From NCBI GenBank assembly GCA_035492455.1, contig DATJJE010000021.1, forward strand, positions 104,242 to 168,241: a DNA stretch of 64,000 bases, written 5' to 3'. Shown here piece after piece: positions 1 through 9,400 of this stretch. The notes beneath the pieces were generated by a model. It was not told the origin of the DNA, made no database searches, and saw only the letters and a program-made list of their open reading frames with translations. Origin of the DNA: Vicinamibacterales bacterium. GTDB taxonomy: Bacteria > Acidobacteriota > Vicinamibacteria > Vicinamibacterales > UBA2999. Made by a program: the position numbers and the translations under genes. Within the stretch, counting starts at the first letter, position 1. Each line of letters opens with the position of its first letter.

Positions 1-1157
1 GTAAAGGTGGCGGACGGGGCCGCCATGTTCGACGCGGAGGTCAATGAGGGTGTAGCCGTTTCGCCTTCGTTTGAATCGAACGTGAGGCTGACGCCCAGAA
101 ACGCGGTCGTTGACGTTGTCGTGCTGATGATCTGATCCATGCTGTACTTGTCCGGTGGGATCTGGGTCGGCGGCGGCGACGGAAGCATGACCGTGGTCGT
201 CACCGTCCCCGGCGCGGTGAGAGTCAGCTGAAATGTGCCTTTCGCACCCGGCGTCAGCTTCGTAGGGCCGGACAATGCGCCGTTTATTTCCCCCGCTGGT
301 GTGATCGTCACGGTCGGAGCGGAGGCCACCAACGTCGTCAGCGCAGACAGTGTGCTCGCCGGCAAGCTCTGGTCCCGCCGCGTGGTAGTGGTGTCGGTGG
401 AGTTCGTTGTTTGCGTCGCAGTGGTCTGAATCGTCCCCGATCCAGCAGCACTGAGCGTCCGCGGCGCAGTCGTCGTTCCTGTTGCTGCAGCGCTGCTTGT
501 TGACGGCGGCGCAATCGGCGTTGCGCTTTGGACGAATTGCCAGCTACATGACGCGGTAGCGGTTGAACCGGGTTGCGGTACAGGTGCGTACGCGTTCGAC
601 GATGGTACCGAAAGCGTGGTCGATCCGCTGATGCTGTTCGCCGGTGCGTCGTCGATAGGTTGGAATCGATACTCCTCAGTCTGGGCTGCAATCGCCTGGG
701 ACGGTCCCTGCTTTCCGTCAACTGCGAAGGACCGGAACCCGGCAAACCCGTTGGGGACGCGTATTTGCTCGTGTCGCAACGTGAAAACGATTCGGCCGTC
801 GCCGCGCATCCACACCGCGATCGGAGCGTTGGACGACTCCCCGTTGGTGGTCCACTGACCGGTGACGTTGCTCGCCGGTTGCGTTCGCGGCTGGAGCGAG
901 CCGCCGCCGACCACGCTCCATGTTGCCGGATAAACGCGGAATGCGCCGTCGATCCGTGGCGCACCGCCAGTCATGACCCACGTGTGCGTTTGCCGATCGG
1001 TGTAGCCAGCACCCTGCGCCGATATCTCGCAGCGAACCCAACCCACCCAAGGCCCGTCCGCCGCAGTGCGCGTCTGCGCTGACACGACTTCCATCGCAAG
1101 CACACACGACAGCGTGACGACGAGCCACATACTGCGACGGGGGAGGGTCGCAATCAT
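1..1157 (-). CDS. secreted hypothetical protein; C-terminus lies beyond the window edge
   Basis: An uninterrupted minus-strand frame runs from position 1 to the ATG at 1157 (alternative in-frame ATG at 1130). It is absent from the ORF track only because no stop lies inside the window. The N-terminus MIATLPRRSMWLVVTLSCVLAMEVVSAQ looks like a signal peptide, and Ser/Thr-rich linker segments follow. Track ORFs 338-964, 573-1082 and 718-1128 are Arg-rich shadow frames of it. Confidence 0.55.
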   Translation of the reverse strand, partial: MIATLPRRSMWLVVTLSCVLAMEVVSAQTRTAADGPWVGWVRCEISAQGAGYTDRQTHTWVMTGGAPRIDGAFRVYPATWSVVGGGSLQPRTQPASNVTGQWTTNGESSNAPIAVWMRGDGRIVFTLRHEQIRVPNGFAGFRSFAVDGKQGPSQAIAAQTEEYRFQPIDDAPANSISGSTTLSVPSSNAYAPVPQPGSTATASCSWQFVQSATPIAPPSTSSAAATGTTTAPRTLSAAGSGTIQTTATQTTNSTDTTTTRRDQSLPASTLSALTTLVASAPTVTITPAGEINGALSGPTKLTPGAKGTFQLTLTAPGTVTTTVMLPSPPPTQIPPDKYSMDQIISTTTSTTAFLGVSLTFDSNEGETATPSLTSASNMAAPSATF

Positions 1158-1173
1158 GATTGTCTGGCCGCTT

Positions 1174-2943
1174 CTACTTCTTCTGCGGCGGCGCTTTCTT
1201 CAGGTTGTCTGCGATCGACTTGGCCGCGTTCTCCAGCGCGTCGCCGAGCGAGTCATCGAACGACGGCCCTCCCTGCCCCGGTGCACCGGTCAGTCCGGTG
1301 TTGCTGGCCATCGCCTGCTGCATGAGGAACGACGCCGCTCCGGCAGTCGGATCGAGACCGGGCATGCGTGGGCCGGCGCCGGCGATTCCCGAGCCGAGGC
1401 TGCGCGCCTGCATCTGCGCCAACGCCGGATTGCCGAGCATTCCCATCCCACCGAGATTTCCGGCCATCGACTGATTCAATGCGTTCATCATCAGCTTGCC
1501 GGTCATCATGTTCATGTACATTGTGCCGGCGAACTTCGCGATGCTGAGGCCGCTCTTCAGGTCGAGACCGCCGTTTTTCCCCTTCACGTTGGACGAGATC
1601 CGCGCTTTGCCGTCGGGCTGAAGCAGCTTGATGGAGACGGTGGCTTCCGTCGGATCCTGGGCCGTGCCGCCGCCCGCCAGTTTCGATGCTGCTTTGAGCG
1701 CTCCGCCGATTCCGCCGCCGGGTTTCGATGCCTTCAGCTCCGTGACTTCCGCGACGAGCACGTAGTCGAACCCGTGCGCCGCAGCCTGCTGCATCACGTC
1801 CGCCTGGCTGCCGGGAAGAGGCGCCGCGGCAAGTTTCATGTCGTTGAGCTCTGCGACCAACCGCGCCCTCAGCGCACGCGTGTCCGCCTGCTGCGATGTC
1901 TTGTTCGCGACCTCGAGAACGCCAACGAGCGGTACACCAGGCGTCTTCGTCACCTGCGTCGGCGCCGCAAGTTCCTGCGTCAGCTTCGCTTCACTCGCAT
2001 CGCTGATTGCCTTCGACAGCGCGCCGATGTTTCCGGCCTCGGTAAATCCCGGCGGAATGTCGAAGAGTGATGCATCGAGATTGGAGATCTCGAGTTCGGT
2101 GATCTCCATCGAAACGACGTTCGGCTTGCCGTCCTCACCTGTGATCGTCGTTGAATACGCAACGGGAAAGCCGAGCGCTTTCGCGTCGCCGTTCTGGGTA
2201 GCCTTGATGTCATCGATGCACACGCCAGAGGGCGGCTGGGGAACTGTCTGCTGCGCACCAGGGAGCTGAGCGGTCGGGGGGAGATCAACGTACCAACCAT
2301 CCATCTCGATGTGTTGCTTCGATGGATCGCAGGCACCGGGCGCCGGTTGTTTGTCGATGATCGTCCTGACGTGACGTGCTTCCATCCCGAACAACGGTTT
2401 CCGTTCGCCGGTGTCGGTGATCGTCGTCGTCACGGTGACGACGCCCGGCTTCTGGGGCGGCACAGCGGGAGCGGCGGCCGGTGCGGGCAGGCCGGGAACG
2501 CTGCCATCAGGAACAACGAGGTAGGTATTGGCTGATCGGATGATCTGAACCGTGCGCTTCAGATCGTGCTGCCTGAGCAGGATGGTGTCTGCGAACTCGT
2601 ATCGCTCGCGCATGCCCTTGGTGAACATCAGGCTCTCTGTCCGCTGTGGCCCGGTCGAATAGACCGTCTTCATCCGCAGGTCCTGAGCGACCGGCTTCGG
2701 CGGCGCAGGAGGTTCTGCTGGCTTGGCAGCGGGCGCGGCAGCCGCCGGTGCGGACGGACGTGCTGGAGGCCGGGCGGGCGCCTTCGGCGTCGTCTTCGTC
2801 TGCGGCGCGGCGGGCTTCGGCGCGGCCTTCGGTGCCGTCTGAGCGCCGAGGGGCGACACACCGAACGCGAGCACGAGTGAAAGGAGGGCGGAGGTCATGC
2901 CGAGGCGCGTGGCTGGGGAAGTCATGCAATTGTCCTTAGGCAA
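1174..2943 (-). CDS. secreted hypothetical protein with a Pro/Ala/Lys-rich N-terminal linker and a Met/Gly-rich C-terminus
   Basis: 589-aa ORF. It has a signal-like segment (LGMTSALLSLVLAFGVSPLGAQ) followed by PKAAPKPAAPQTKTTPKAP repeats. The C-terminal region is rich in Met and Gly (GTMYMNMMTGKLMMNALNQSMAGNLGGMGMLG). The true start may be an internal ATG (2925 or later). I recognise no family. Confidence 0.6.
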   Translation of the reverse strand: MPKDNCMTSPATRLGMTSALLSLVLAFGVSPLGAQTAPKAAPKPAAPQTKTTPKAPARPPARPSAPAAAAPAAKPAEPPAPPKPVAQDLRMKTVYSTGPQRTESLMFTKGMRERYEFADTILLRQHDLKRTVQIIRSANTYLVVPDGSVPGLPAPAAAPAVPPQKPGVVTVTTTITDTGERKPLFGMEARHVRTIIDKQPAPGACDPSKQHIEMDGWYVDLPPTAQLPGAQQTVPQPPSGVCIDDIKATQNGDAKALGFPVAYSTTITGEDGKPNVVSMEITELEISNLDASLFDIPPGFTEAGNIGALSKAISDASEAKLTQELAAPTQVTKTPGVPLVGVLEVANKTSQQADTRALRARLVAELNDMKLAAAPLPGSQADVMQQAAAHGFDYVLVAEVTELKASKPGGGIGGALKAASKLAGGGTAQDPTEATVSIKLLQPDGKARISSNVKGKNGGLDLKSGLSIAKFAGTMYMNMMTGKLMMNALNQSMAGNLGGMGMLGNPALAQMQARSLGSGIAGAGPRMPGLDPTAGAASFLMQQAMASNTGLTGAPGQGGPSFDDSLGDALENAAKSIADNLKKAPPQKK

Positions 2944-3138
2944 GAACGGGTTCCGAGTTGCTGCGGCAGCGGATCATATACCTTGATTTGGATCAATTTA
3001 TAGAGACCTTCGGTTCTCGCCTCGCCAACCGAAACACGCGCGTTTTGGTTGAAACGAAGCTCACGACGGGCGTTCGTCCGATGTCGCGAACTCTCAGGCG
3101 ACGCCCCGCCTGATTTGTCGCGGCGCGCAAGACGTCGG

Positions 3139-3696
3139 TCAGCGCACCGGCTGCGCTGCGAACGGATTCACGCCGGGCGGTACCGCGCCGGCCATCCACG
3201 GGCACTGTTTGGTTGCCGCAAGTTCGATGACACGCTGGCCGCGCATCAATTGCGGCAGGATTTCGACGAGGTCGTTCATCTGCACCGCTCGCTGCTGCAC
3301 CCGCTGCGCGGCCTGAGCGGCCTGCGCCGGCGCCTGCGCTTGGGCGGCGGCAAGCTGCGCGAACGCGGCACCGGGCACGAACGCTGAAGCCATGGTCATC
3401 GCCATCTGCGCGGCCATCGTCCCGTTCCCCTTTTGCAGGGCGTCATAGTCCTTCTGCGCCGCTGCGCCGGACTTTACGGCGAATCCCTGAACGGCAGGCC
3501 CGTTCATCGTTGCGACCAGTTCTTTCTCGAGGACCTCGCAGCTCATCGCCGCATCGCCGGGATGATTCGCGGCCTTCTGCGCCGACTCCATCGCCGCCAT
3601 CATCGCCTTCATATCATTCGGGGAAGTCTGCGCGCGGCCAATCGATGCCGCGCACAGAGCGGCGATCACACCAGGAATGAAGAGCGTTCTCGACAT
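3139..3696 (-). CDS. small secreted Met/Ala/Gln-rich hypothetical protein
   Basis: The internal ATG at 3696 gives MSRTLFIPGVIAALCAASIGRAQ, a signal peptide. The mature part has Met-rich runs (MKAMMAAMESA, MAAQMAMTMASA). The N-terminal extension in the track ORF (to 3768) lacks signal character. Confidence 0.55.
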   Translation of the reverse strand: MSRTLFIPGVIAALCAASIGRAQTSPNDMKAMMAAMESAQKAANHPGDAAMSCEVLEKELVATMNGPAVQGFAVKSGAAAQKDYDALQKGNGTMAAQMAMTMASAFVPGAAFAQLAAAQAQAPAQAAQAAQRVQQRAVQMNDLVEILPQLMRGQRVIELAATKQCPWMAGAVPPGVNPFAAQPVR

Positions 3697-3812
3697 GGTC
3701 AACTCCAACGCTGGCGAGGTTACGTTGCGCGAGCGGTGAACTGTCGTCGGTACGCGCTGATCTATCACGAAACAGGCTTACGTGGAACGCCGAAAGCCGA
3801 CGTACGTGGATC

Positions 3813-4345
3813 TCAACGCGCGGCCATCCGTTTCCGAACACCCGGCGTGACACCGCAACTGAACCCCATGCCGTCGACGTTTTTCATGACCAGGTACGGA
3901 ACACCCCGATCAGTCGTGCCGCCGTCCATCAGGCGTGCTCTTCCCTGAACCAGCGCAGGACGTCGGCCGAGCGCGCGTCATGCGCGATCTTTACGGCGAC
4001 ATGCTGGTGGTACTCGTGGTCCGCCCGTTCGGCGAGGAATACCGTTCCCATGCCGCCGCGGCCAGTCTCCTTGAGGATGCGGTTGGAACCAATCCGCTCG
4101 CCCGGCTGCGGCCCTGCTCCCGTCGTTGCATCGTCGATCGCGGTAGCAACAGCAGCCGTTGCAAACACCGGCCGCTCGAACAACGGCGGCGCGCTGACGG
4201 CGGACGCCACGAGAGAACGAACTTCCTGTTCGAGCTGATCGTCGCCGGCGCATGCGGAAAGGACGAAGGTATCGCGCGCGGTTTCAGGCTGCTCGAGCGC
4301 GGCGGCGGTAATCGTCTTGACGCGAAGCCACGGTTCGCGAGTCAT
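3813..4345 (-). pseudogene. Ser/Thr protein kinase remnant (N-terminal region plus subdomains I-II, frameshifted and truncated)
   Basis: ORF 3929-4345 encodes a Gly-loop and VAVK lysine motif (GRGGMGTVFLAERADHEYHQHVAVK), then stops after FREEHA. A second frame starting at 3932 continues LMDGGTTDRGVPYLVMKNVDG, which resembles the kinase hinge region, and stops at 3813. About 15 residues expected between these pieces are missing. The catalytic and activation loops and the whole C-terminus are absent. Confidence 0.6.
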
Positions 4346-4424
4346 GCGCTTCGAGATAAGACGCGCAGTGTATGCGAAAACCGGCTCAGTGTTAGCTATG
4401 TCGCCGGAACGGACCGTGAAGAAA

Positions 4425-4519
4425 TGGCGGTGAGGCAGGGATTCGAACCCTGGGTAGGACTTTAAAGGCCCTACAACGGTTTAGCAAACCGCCGCCTTCA
4501 GCCTCTCGGCCACCTCACC
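4425..4519 (-). tRNA. tRNA-Ser (anticodon GCU)
   Basis: The reverse complement folds as a cloverleaf. Acceptor is GGTGAGG/CCTCACC. Anticodon stem is GCGGT/ACCGT with loop TTGCTAA (anticodon GCT). There is a long variable arm (GTAGGGCCTTTAAAGTCCTAC) and a T-arm CAGGG-TTCGAAT-CCCTG. Discriminator is G and CCA is encoded. Confidence 0.9.
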
Positions 4520-4550
4520 GCAGTCGTCTAAGTATACGTGACAAAAAGCT

Positions 4551-6401
4551 CTAGGCCTTCTTCACCTCGACGAGCCGGTCGAACGCGAGACCGCTCGATC
4601 CCTCGCCGCGTCCGGCTTTCTTTGCCGCGCCAAACCACACGACGATGCGGCCATCGGTCCAGCGGGTGCGCTGGTACGCCTGCTTCACCCGCACACCGGC
4701 GCGAGAAACTTCCTCCTCGTGCACGAAGTAGGTTCGCGGCGTGGTGAGGTCGAGTCCTTCACGCAGCAGGCTGGTGCGCGGCTTGATCTTCATCGTGTGC
4801 GTCGGATCGCCGTCCACGTCGCGCAACAGGCTCGCGCGCTGCAGTTGAATCTCCCGTCTGTCGCCCGGCACATGCACGGGGATGAACGGGATCCAGTGCT
4901 CCGGCACCGTGTTCATCAGCTCGTAGTGAACGCGCGCCTCGTTCTCGAGCGGCGGCACCGGGAACGGACGCCGCAGCACGCGATCGAAGAAGCGCGTCGT
5001 CTCCGCCGCGGCGCTGCCGCCGGAGCGCCCCTCGCCGTGCGGCAGCGGCACGGTCAGCTCAATGCCCCACACCATGTTCGCCATCTCGTCGCGAATCATC
5101 GTGACTTCTTCGAGCGGCGCTCCCTCCTGCACCTTCGCCGCTGTAGGCAACATCAGCAGTGCCTGGTCGGGACGTCGCGTCGGCGCCGTATGCGACAGCG
5201 TGAAGACGTTCCATCGCTGCCATGTGTGCTCAGGTGACCGGCCCGCTGGCTCGATCCAGAACCGCTCGCCGAATACGTTCGTCACGGCAAGGCCTTGCAC
5301 TTCCGCGACGGCACCAGCCTGCAGCGGCACGGGCACGACACACCAGTCGTTGGCGAACAGCAGGCCGAACTCCATCAAGAGGAGTTTGGCGAGATCGGTG
5401 GTGTCGGGACGAATGCCGCCGAAGTTCACCCGGCGATCCTCGAAGCTCCACCACCGCGTATTCGCCATCCCGTTGAACTCCACCGCCGTCGGCACGAATG
5501 TCGTCGTGGACGCCGTGAACACTTCGGGATGAGAGGGCGGCGTTTCGGACTCCGGGGCCACGTCGAGCGCGTACCAGTCGAGATCGCCCTGGTAGTACTC
5601 GGCCGCCGTCAACTCCGTGCGCCGCGTGCCGTGCGGCGCGCAGCACCCGAACTGATACTCGAGCCGCGACGGAATCCAGGCGTTTTCTTCCGGCTTCAAC
5701 GGTTGATCGATCAGGCGATCGAACCATGACACGAAGTCGTCGGCCATCGTGTTGACGGTGCCGAAGTCACCGGGATCGATCGCGAGCGGTGCCGGCAGCG
5801 TCGCGAGATCGCGCGGCGCCGGGTGATCGATGATCCAGCGATACCAGAGATAACCGTCCATCGCCCGGCCGGCGAATGCCGCCTGGTGCTGCCAGGCGTC
5901 GCGGTGAGCGCACACCATCGCCGAGCCGGGGTCGTCGGGATCGACACTGAGCACCTGGAACGCATCCCGGAAGTCTTTCACGGCAGTCGGAAAGCCGGCG
6001 GCGAGCAGCATCTTCTTCCACTGGCGGCCCATGAGGACGCGGATGTCCAGCGAGAGCGGCTGCGCGCCAGCCGTGAACGGCACCGGCCGCTGCTCGACGC
6101 GCGATTCGAGGGGCACGCTCTCGTCGAACGCCTGCTCGCCCAGATCGCGTGGGCGATACGTCGTCAGCCTCGAGGTCGTCTGATGCACCTTCGCAAAGAC
6201 CGGCGAACCGGCGTCGTCTCCGAGAAACTCCCCCATCTGCCATTGACGCGTAACCATCCACAACGCGTCGCGGATCTCCGCGCGCAGAGCGCGGTCGAAC
6301 TGGTGCGTGCGCGGGATGCCTTCAATGCGGTGCCAGCGCGTCACGCTTGGTAGCGCCCGTTCGGCGAGCAGCACGGTCATGTCGTTGCGGACGATCGGCA
6401 T
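4551..6401 (-). CDS. large hypothetical protein, giant operon gene 5 of 5 (616 aa)
   Basis: Long ORF with an ATG at 6401, one nt after the stop (6403-6405) of the upstream gene. It has no signal peptide or TM segment. Conspicuous Trp-rich motifs are present (ALWMVTRQWQMGEF, NTRWWSFEDRRVNFGG, VPEHWIPFIPV). I can name no family. Confidence 0.85.
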   Translation of the reverse strand: MPIVRNDMTVLLAERALPSVTRWHRIEGIPRTHQFDRALRAEIRDALWMVTRQWQMGEFLGDDAGSPVFAKVHQTTSRLTTYRPRDLGEQAFDESVPLESRVEQRPVPFTAGAQPLSLDIRVLMGRQWKKMLLAAGFPTAVKDFRDAFQVLSVDPDDPGSAMVCAHRDAWQHQAAFAGRAMDGYLWYRWIIDHPAPRDLATLPAPLAIDPGDFGTVNTMADDFVSWFDRLIDQPLKPEENAWIPSRLEYQFGCCAPHGTRRTELTAAEYYQGDLDWYALDVAPESETPPSHPEVFTASTTTFVPTAVEFNGMANTRWWSFEDRRVNFGGIRPDTTDLAKLLLMEFGLLFANDWCVVPVPLQAGAVAEVQGLAVTNVFGERFWIEPAGRSPEHTWQRWNVFTLSHTAPTRRPDQALLMLPTAAKVQEGAPLEEVTMIRDEMANMVWGIELTVPLPHGEGRSGGSAAAETTRFFDRVLRRPFPVPPLENEARVHYELMNTVPEHWIPFIPVHVPGDRREIQLQRASLLRDVDGDPTHTMKIKPRTSLLREGLDLTTPRTYFVHEEEVSRAGVRVKQAYQRTRWTDGRIVVWFGAAKKAGRGEGSSGLAFDRLVEVKKA

Positions 6402-6402
6402 G

Positions 6403-9400
6403 TCAGACCTCGCGCGCCGCGAACATCACGTCGGCGGCATGTAACTGGCTGGCGATGGAGATACCGCTGGATGTGAAAGCCATCAGCGTCGCGGGCAGCA
6501 GCCGGGCAAGAGGCGTCGGACTGATATCACGCGGCTCGGCGGCGCGCGTTCGCGCGAGCGCGAACGTCTCGGGCACCGCCCGCTCGACGTCAGACCATTG
6601 CCACATCTCGCTCGCGCTAGCCGGGGTGACGAGCAGCATCGCGTGCGGCGGCTCAGAGTTTGGCCGGTCGTAGTGGAATGCGAGGCCGGCGGTCTCCGCA
6701 GTGCCGGGAATCACCTCCGTCCACTCGTCGAGCATCAGACCACCGTGCGCACTGGCCGTCTTGTCGAAACCCCCCGGCGTGTAGATCGCCGTATACAGGA
6801 GATGTTCCCCGGCGGTGGTGATGTCGAACGTCGGCGGCAGTTCCGCGGCAAGCCACGGATCGCCGGCGACGAACGGCAGCTGAATAGGATCGAGCGCCGG
6901 CTCCGACAGATCGAACGCGCCTGTGATCTGGATGACCTTCTCGAGGTCATGCATCTTTGCCCGAACCCGCGCCACCCCGTAGAGCCAGTCGTCGACCGGA
7001 AAGTCGTGCGAGGTACCGGTGTGCGTGAGAAGAGACGCGCGGCCGTCGTATGCGTTCTGCCACTCGTCGGCTTGTGCGGCGGCGAGCGTGAATCGCGGCA
7101 GGACGCGGAAGCCCTCGCCGAAGAGCGCCGACGCCGCATCGACGAGCAACTGAGCCCGCTGCTCCGGCGCGGCGGCACCGGCGGCCGTAATCGCGTCGTC
7201 TGCCGTCTTCAGCCGCTTGTCGAGCTCGCGCACGAGGCCTGCAAGCTGCTGGTGCATGTCGGCGAGCAGCACGCGGAGCTGTGACTCCTCGCTCGAGGTG
7301 TCAATGACCGTAATGTCGTGCAGGCGACGAGGAGCAAACGTCGCGCTCCATGCCGTCCAGAGCGGCCTGATCGCGGTCGCGGCGGACGTCTCCACCGCGT
7401 CGACCTGGCTCTTGACGGCGATAAACGCCGCCCGCTTGGCGTTCACGATCGGCAGGAAGGTGGCGACATCGGGCGGCGGCACTGTGTAGGACGTGGACAC
7501 CGCCTGCTCGGCGCGCACGAGCGCGGGCACGCGCAAGGAATCCGCCGTCGCCGGCGCCGTCGCCTCTGCAATCGCGCTGTCGCATTCCGCAAGCTTGTCC
7601 GTCCAGAACACCGACACCTTGTGCGCCTTGCCGCGCACGAGGGCGAACCATTCGCGCGCGCCCCTCGTCGCTTCTCCGGATCCAGCCAGCGTGACGCCGC
7701 AGAGACCTGCGCGGCGCTGCAGATCGTGGAAGTCGGACAACGCGGCGTCAATGGCGTTGACGAGCGCAGCGAAGGCGGCGGACGGATCGACGAGCGTCGT
7801 CAACGTCGTCACCATCGCGATGGCATCCTGCCGCAGCGTGTCGACGCGGTTGCGCGCGGTCGTCACCCGCGCGGACGGCACGTCCACTGCGGCATTCGCT
7901 CCGGAGGTCGCTTCCGTCTCGAGCGCGGCATCCGACGGCCTCAGCGGGCGCGCGTTGACGATGAGGCTCTTCAGGCTGGCGATGAGCGGCGCCGTCTCAA
8001 ACCACGTCTTCCTGTTCGGCACCGGCTCGGTGTAGCGGATCGTCAGCTTGGCGTCGGGCGCCAAAGTGTTCGACGTGATGACCCGATGCGCGATGCGATC
8101 GTCGAGATCGTTCATCGCGGGCTCGCTGTCGGGATCCGCGACGTAGAGGAGATCGATGGGCTGCAGCCCGAGTGCCTGCATGCTGACGTCGTCAACCTGC
8201 TCACCGGAGCCGCCGACGGTGTTCGTGTAGCGTACGCGCACGACAAGTTCGTTCATTGGAGGCAGCACGCCGGCAAGCCAGCGGTCGGTAGCGGGTTCCG
8301 CCTCCGCGCGTGGCGTCGCGCCTGCGCCGGCGACCGCATCGACGGGCAGATGGAGTGCCACGCGATGCGTCAGCGAGACTCCGGTGCGCGGAGTGCGGAC
8401 GACCTCCGGCTCCGGAGGGAACGTGCTCTTGCCATACGCATCCATCGCCGCCGCCGCGCGGTCAGCGTTGCCCATCGTCAACTGGTGCACGCTCTCCGCA
8501 ATTGCGACATCGGCAATCGCGTCGTGGATGTCGAACAGGGCGGTCACTTCCTCGTTAATGATGGCTTCCTGTGCGGCCGTGCCACGATCGAGATCCTTGC
8601 CCCACGGGTAGGTCTTCGTCACGTTCGTGCGTACGTGCTCGAGCAAGAGAAGCCCGTCGCAGACGTTCCGCGCTTCGACATTCTCGATTGCCGTGTCGTT
8701 CGCGTCGCCCTCGACCGAGTCGGAGATCCGCTTGGCGACGAGCGGAAAAGCCTTGCGTACCTGGTAGATGAACGCGTCGGTCTCGGCCTCGGCGTGGCGG
8801 TCGTGCAGGCGCCGCTCGAACTGATACCCGAGCAGCGCGCCGAGCGGCTGTCCGTTTCGAATGCCTTCGACGAACTGCAGCGCGACGCGCACCCGCGCCG
8901 ATGACAGATCCACGGCGAACAGATCTGGATTCGCCGGCGATGCGTTATTCAGATATCCACTTCGGAGCACCGCCGACGTCACCGCGTGATTGAGCGATGG
9001 CGCAAGCACGTGACCGCCGTTGGCGGCGTCGCGTTGCAGCGGGGGCTGTCCCGGCGTATTGAACACGGCGCCCAGCTCGTCGCTCAACGTGACCGGCGAA
9101 AGCGCGGGCGGATCCGGCTTCACGTGCTCCAGCCATCCGTACGCGCCGAGATACACGCCTTCGCGGCGCGCTTCCGCACCGCCCTGCGGCCGCCGCATGG
9201 CGGCGAGCTGCTCGCGGACGATGCTGAGCATCCACGCGTCCCAGCGGTAGGTGCAGAGGTCTATATGTTCGGCGAACGCGCGCTCGAGGCGCGCCGTGGA
9301 CGCAGGCTCGAGGACGCGGAGCGCCTCGATCTGATCGGCGAGAACGCTGCTGCTGCCGGCCGTCGCGAGCCATTCCGGAATGAAGTCGGCGACCGTGCGC

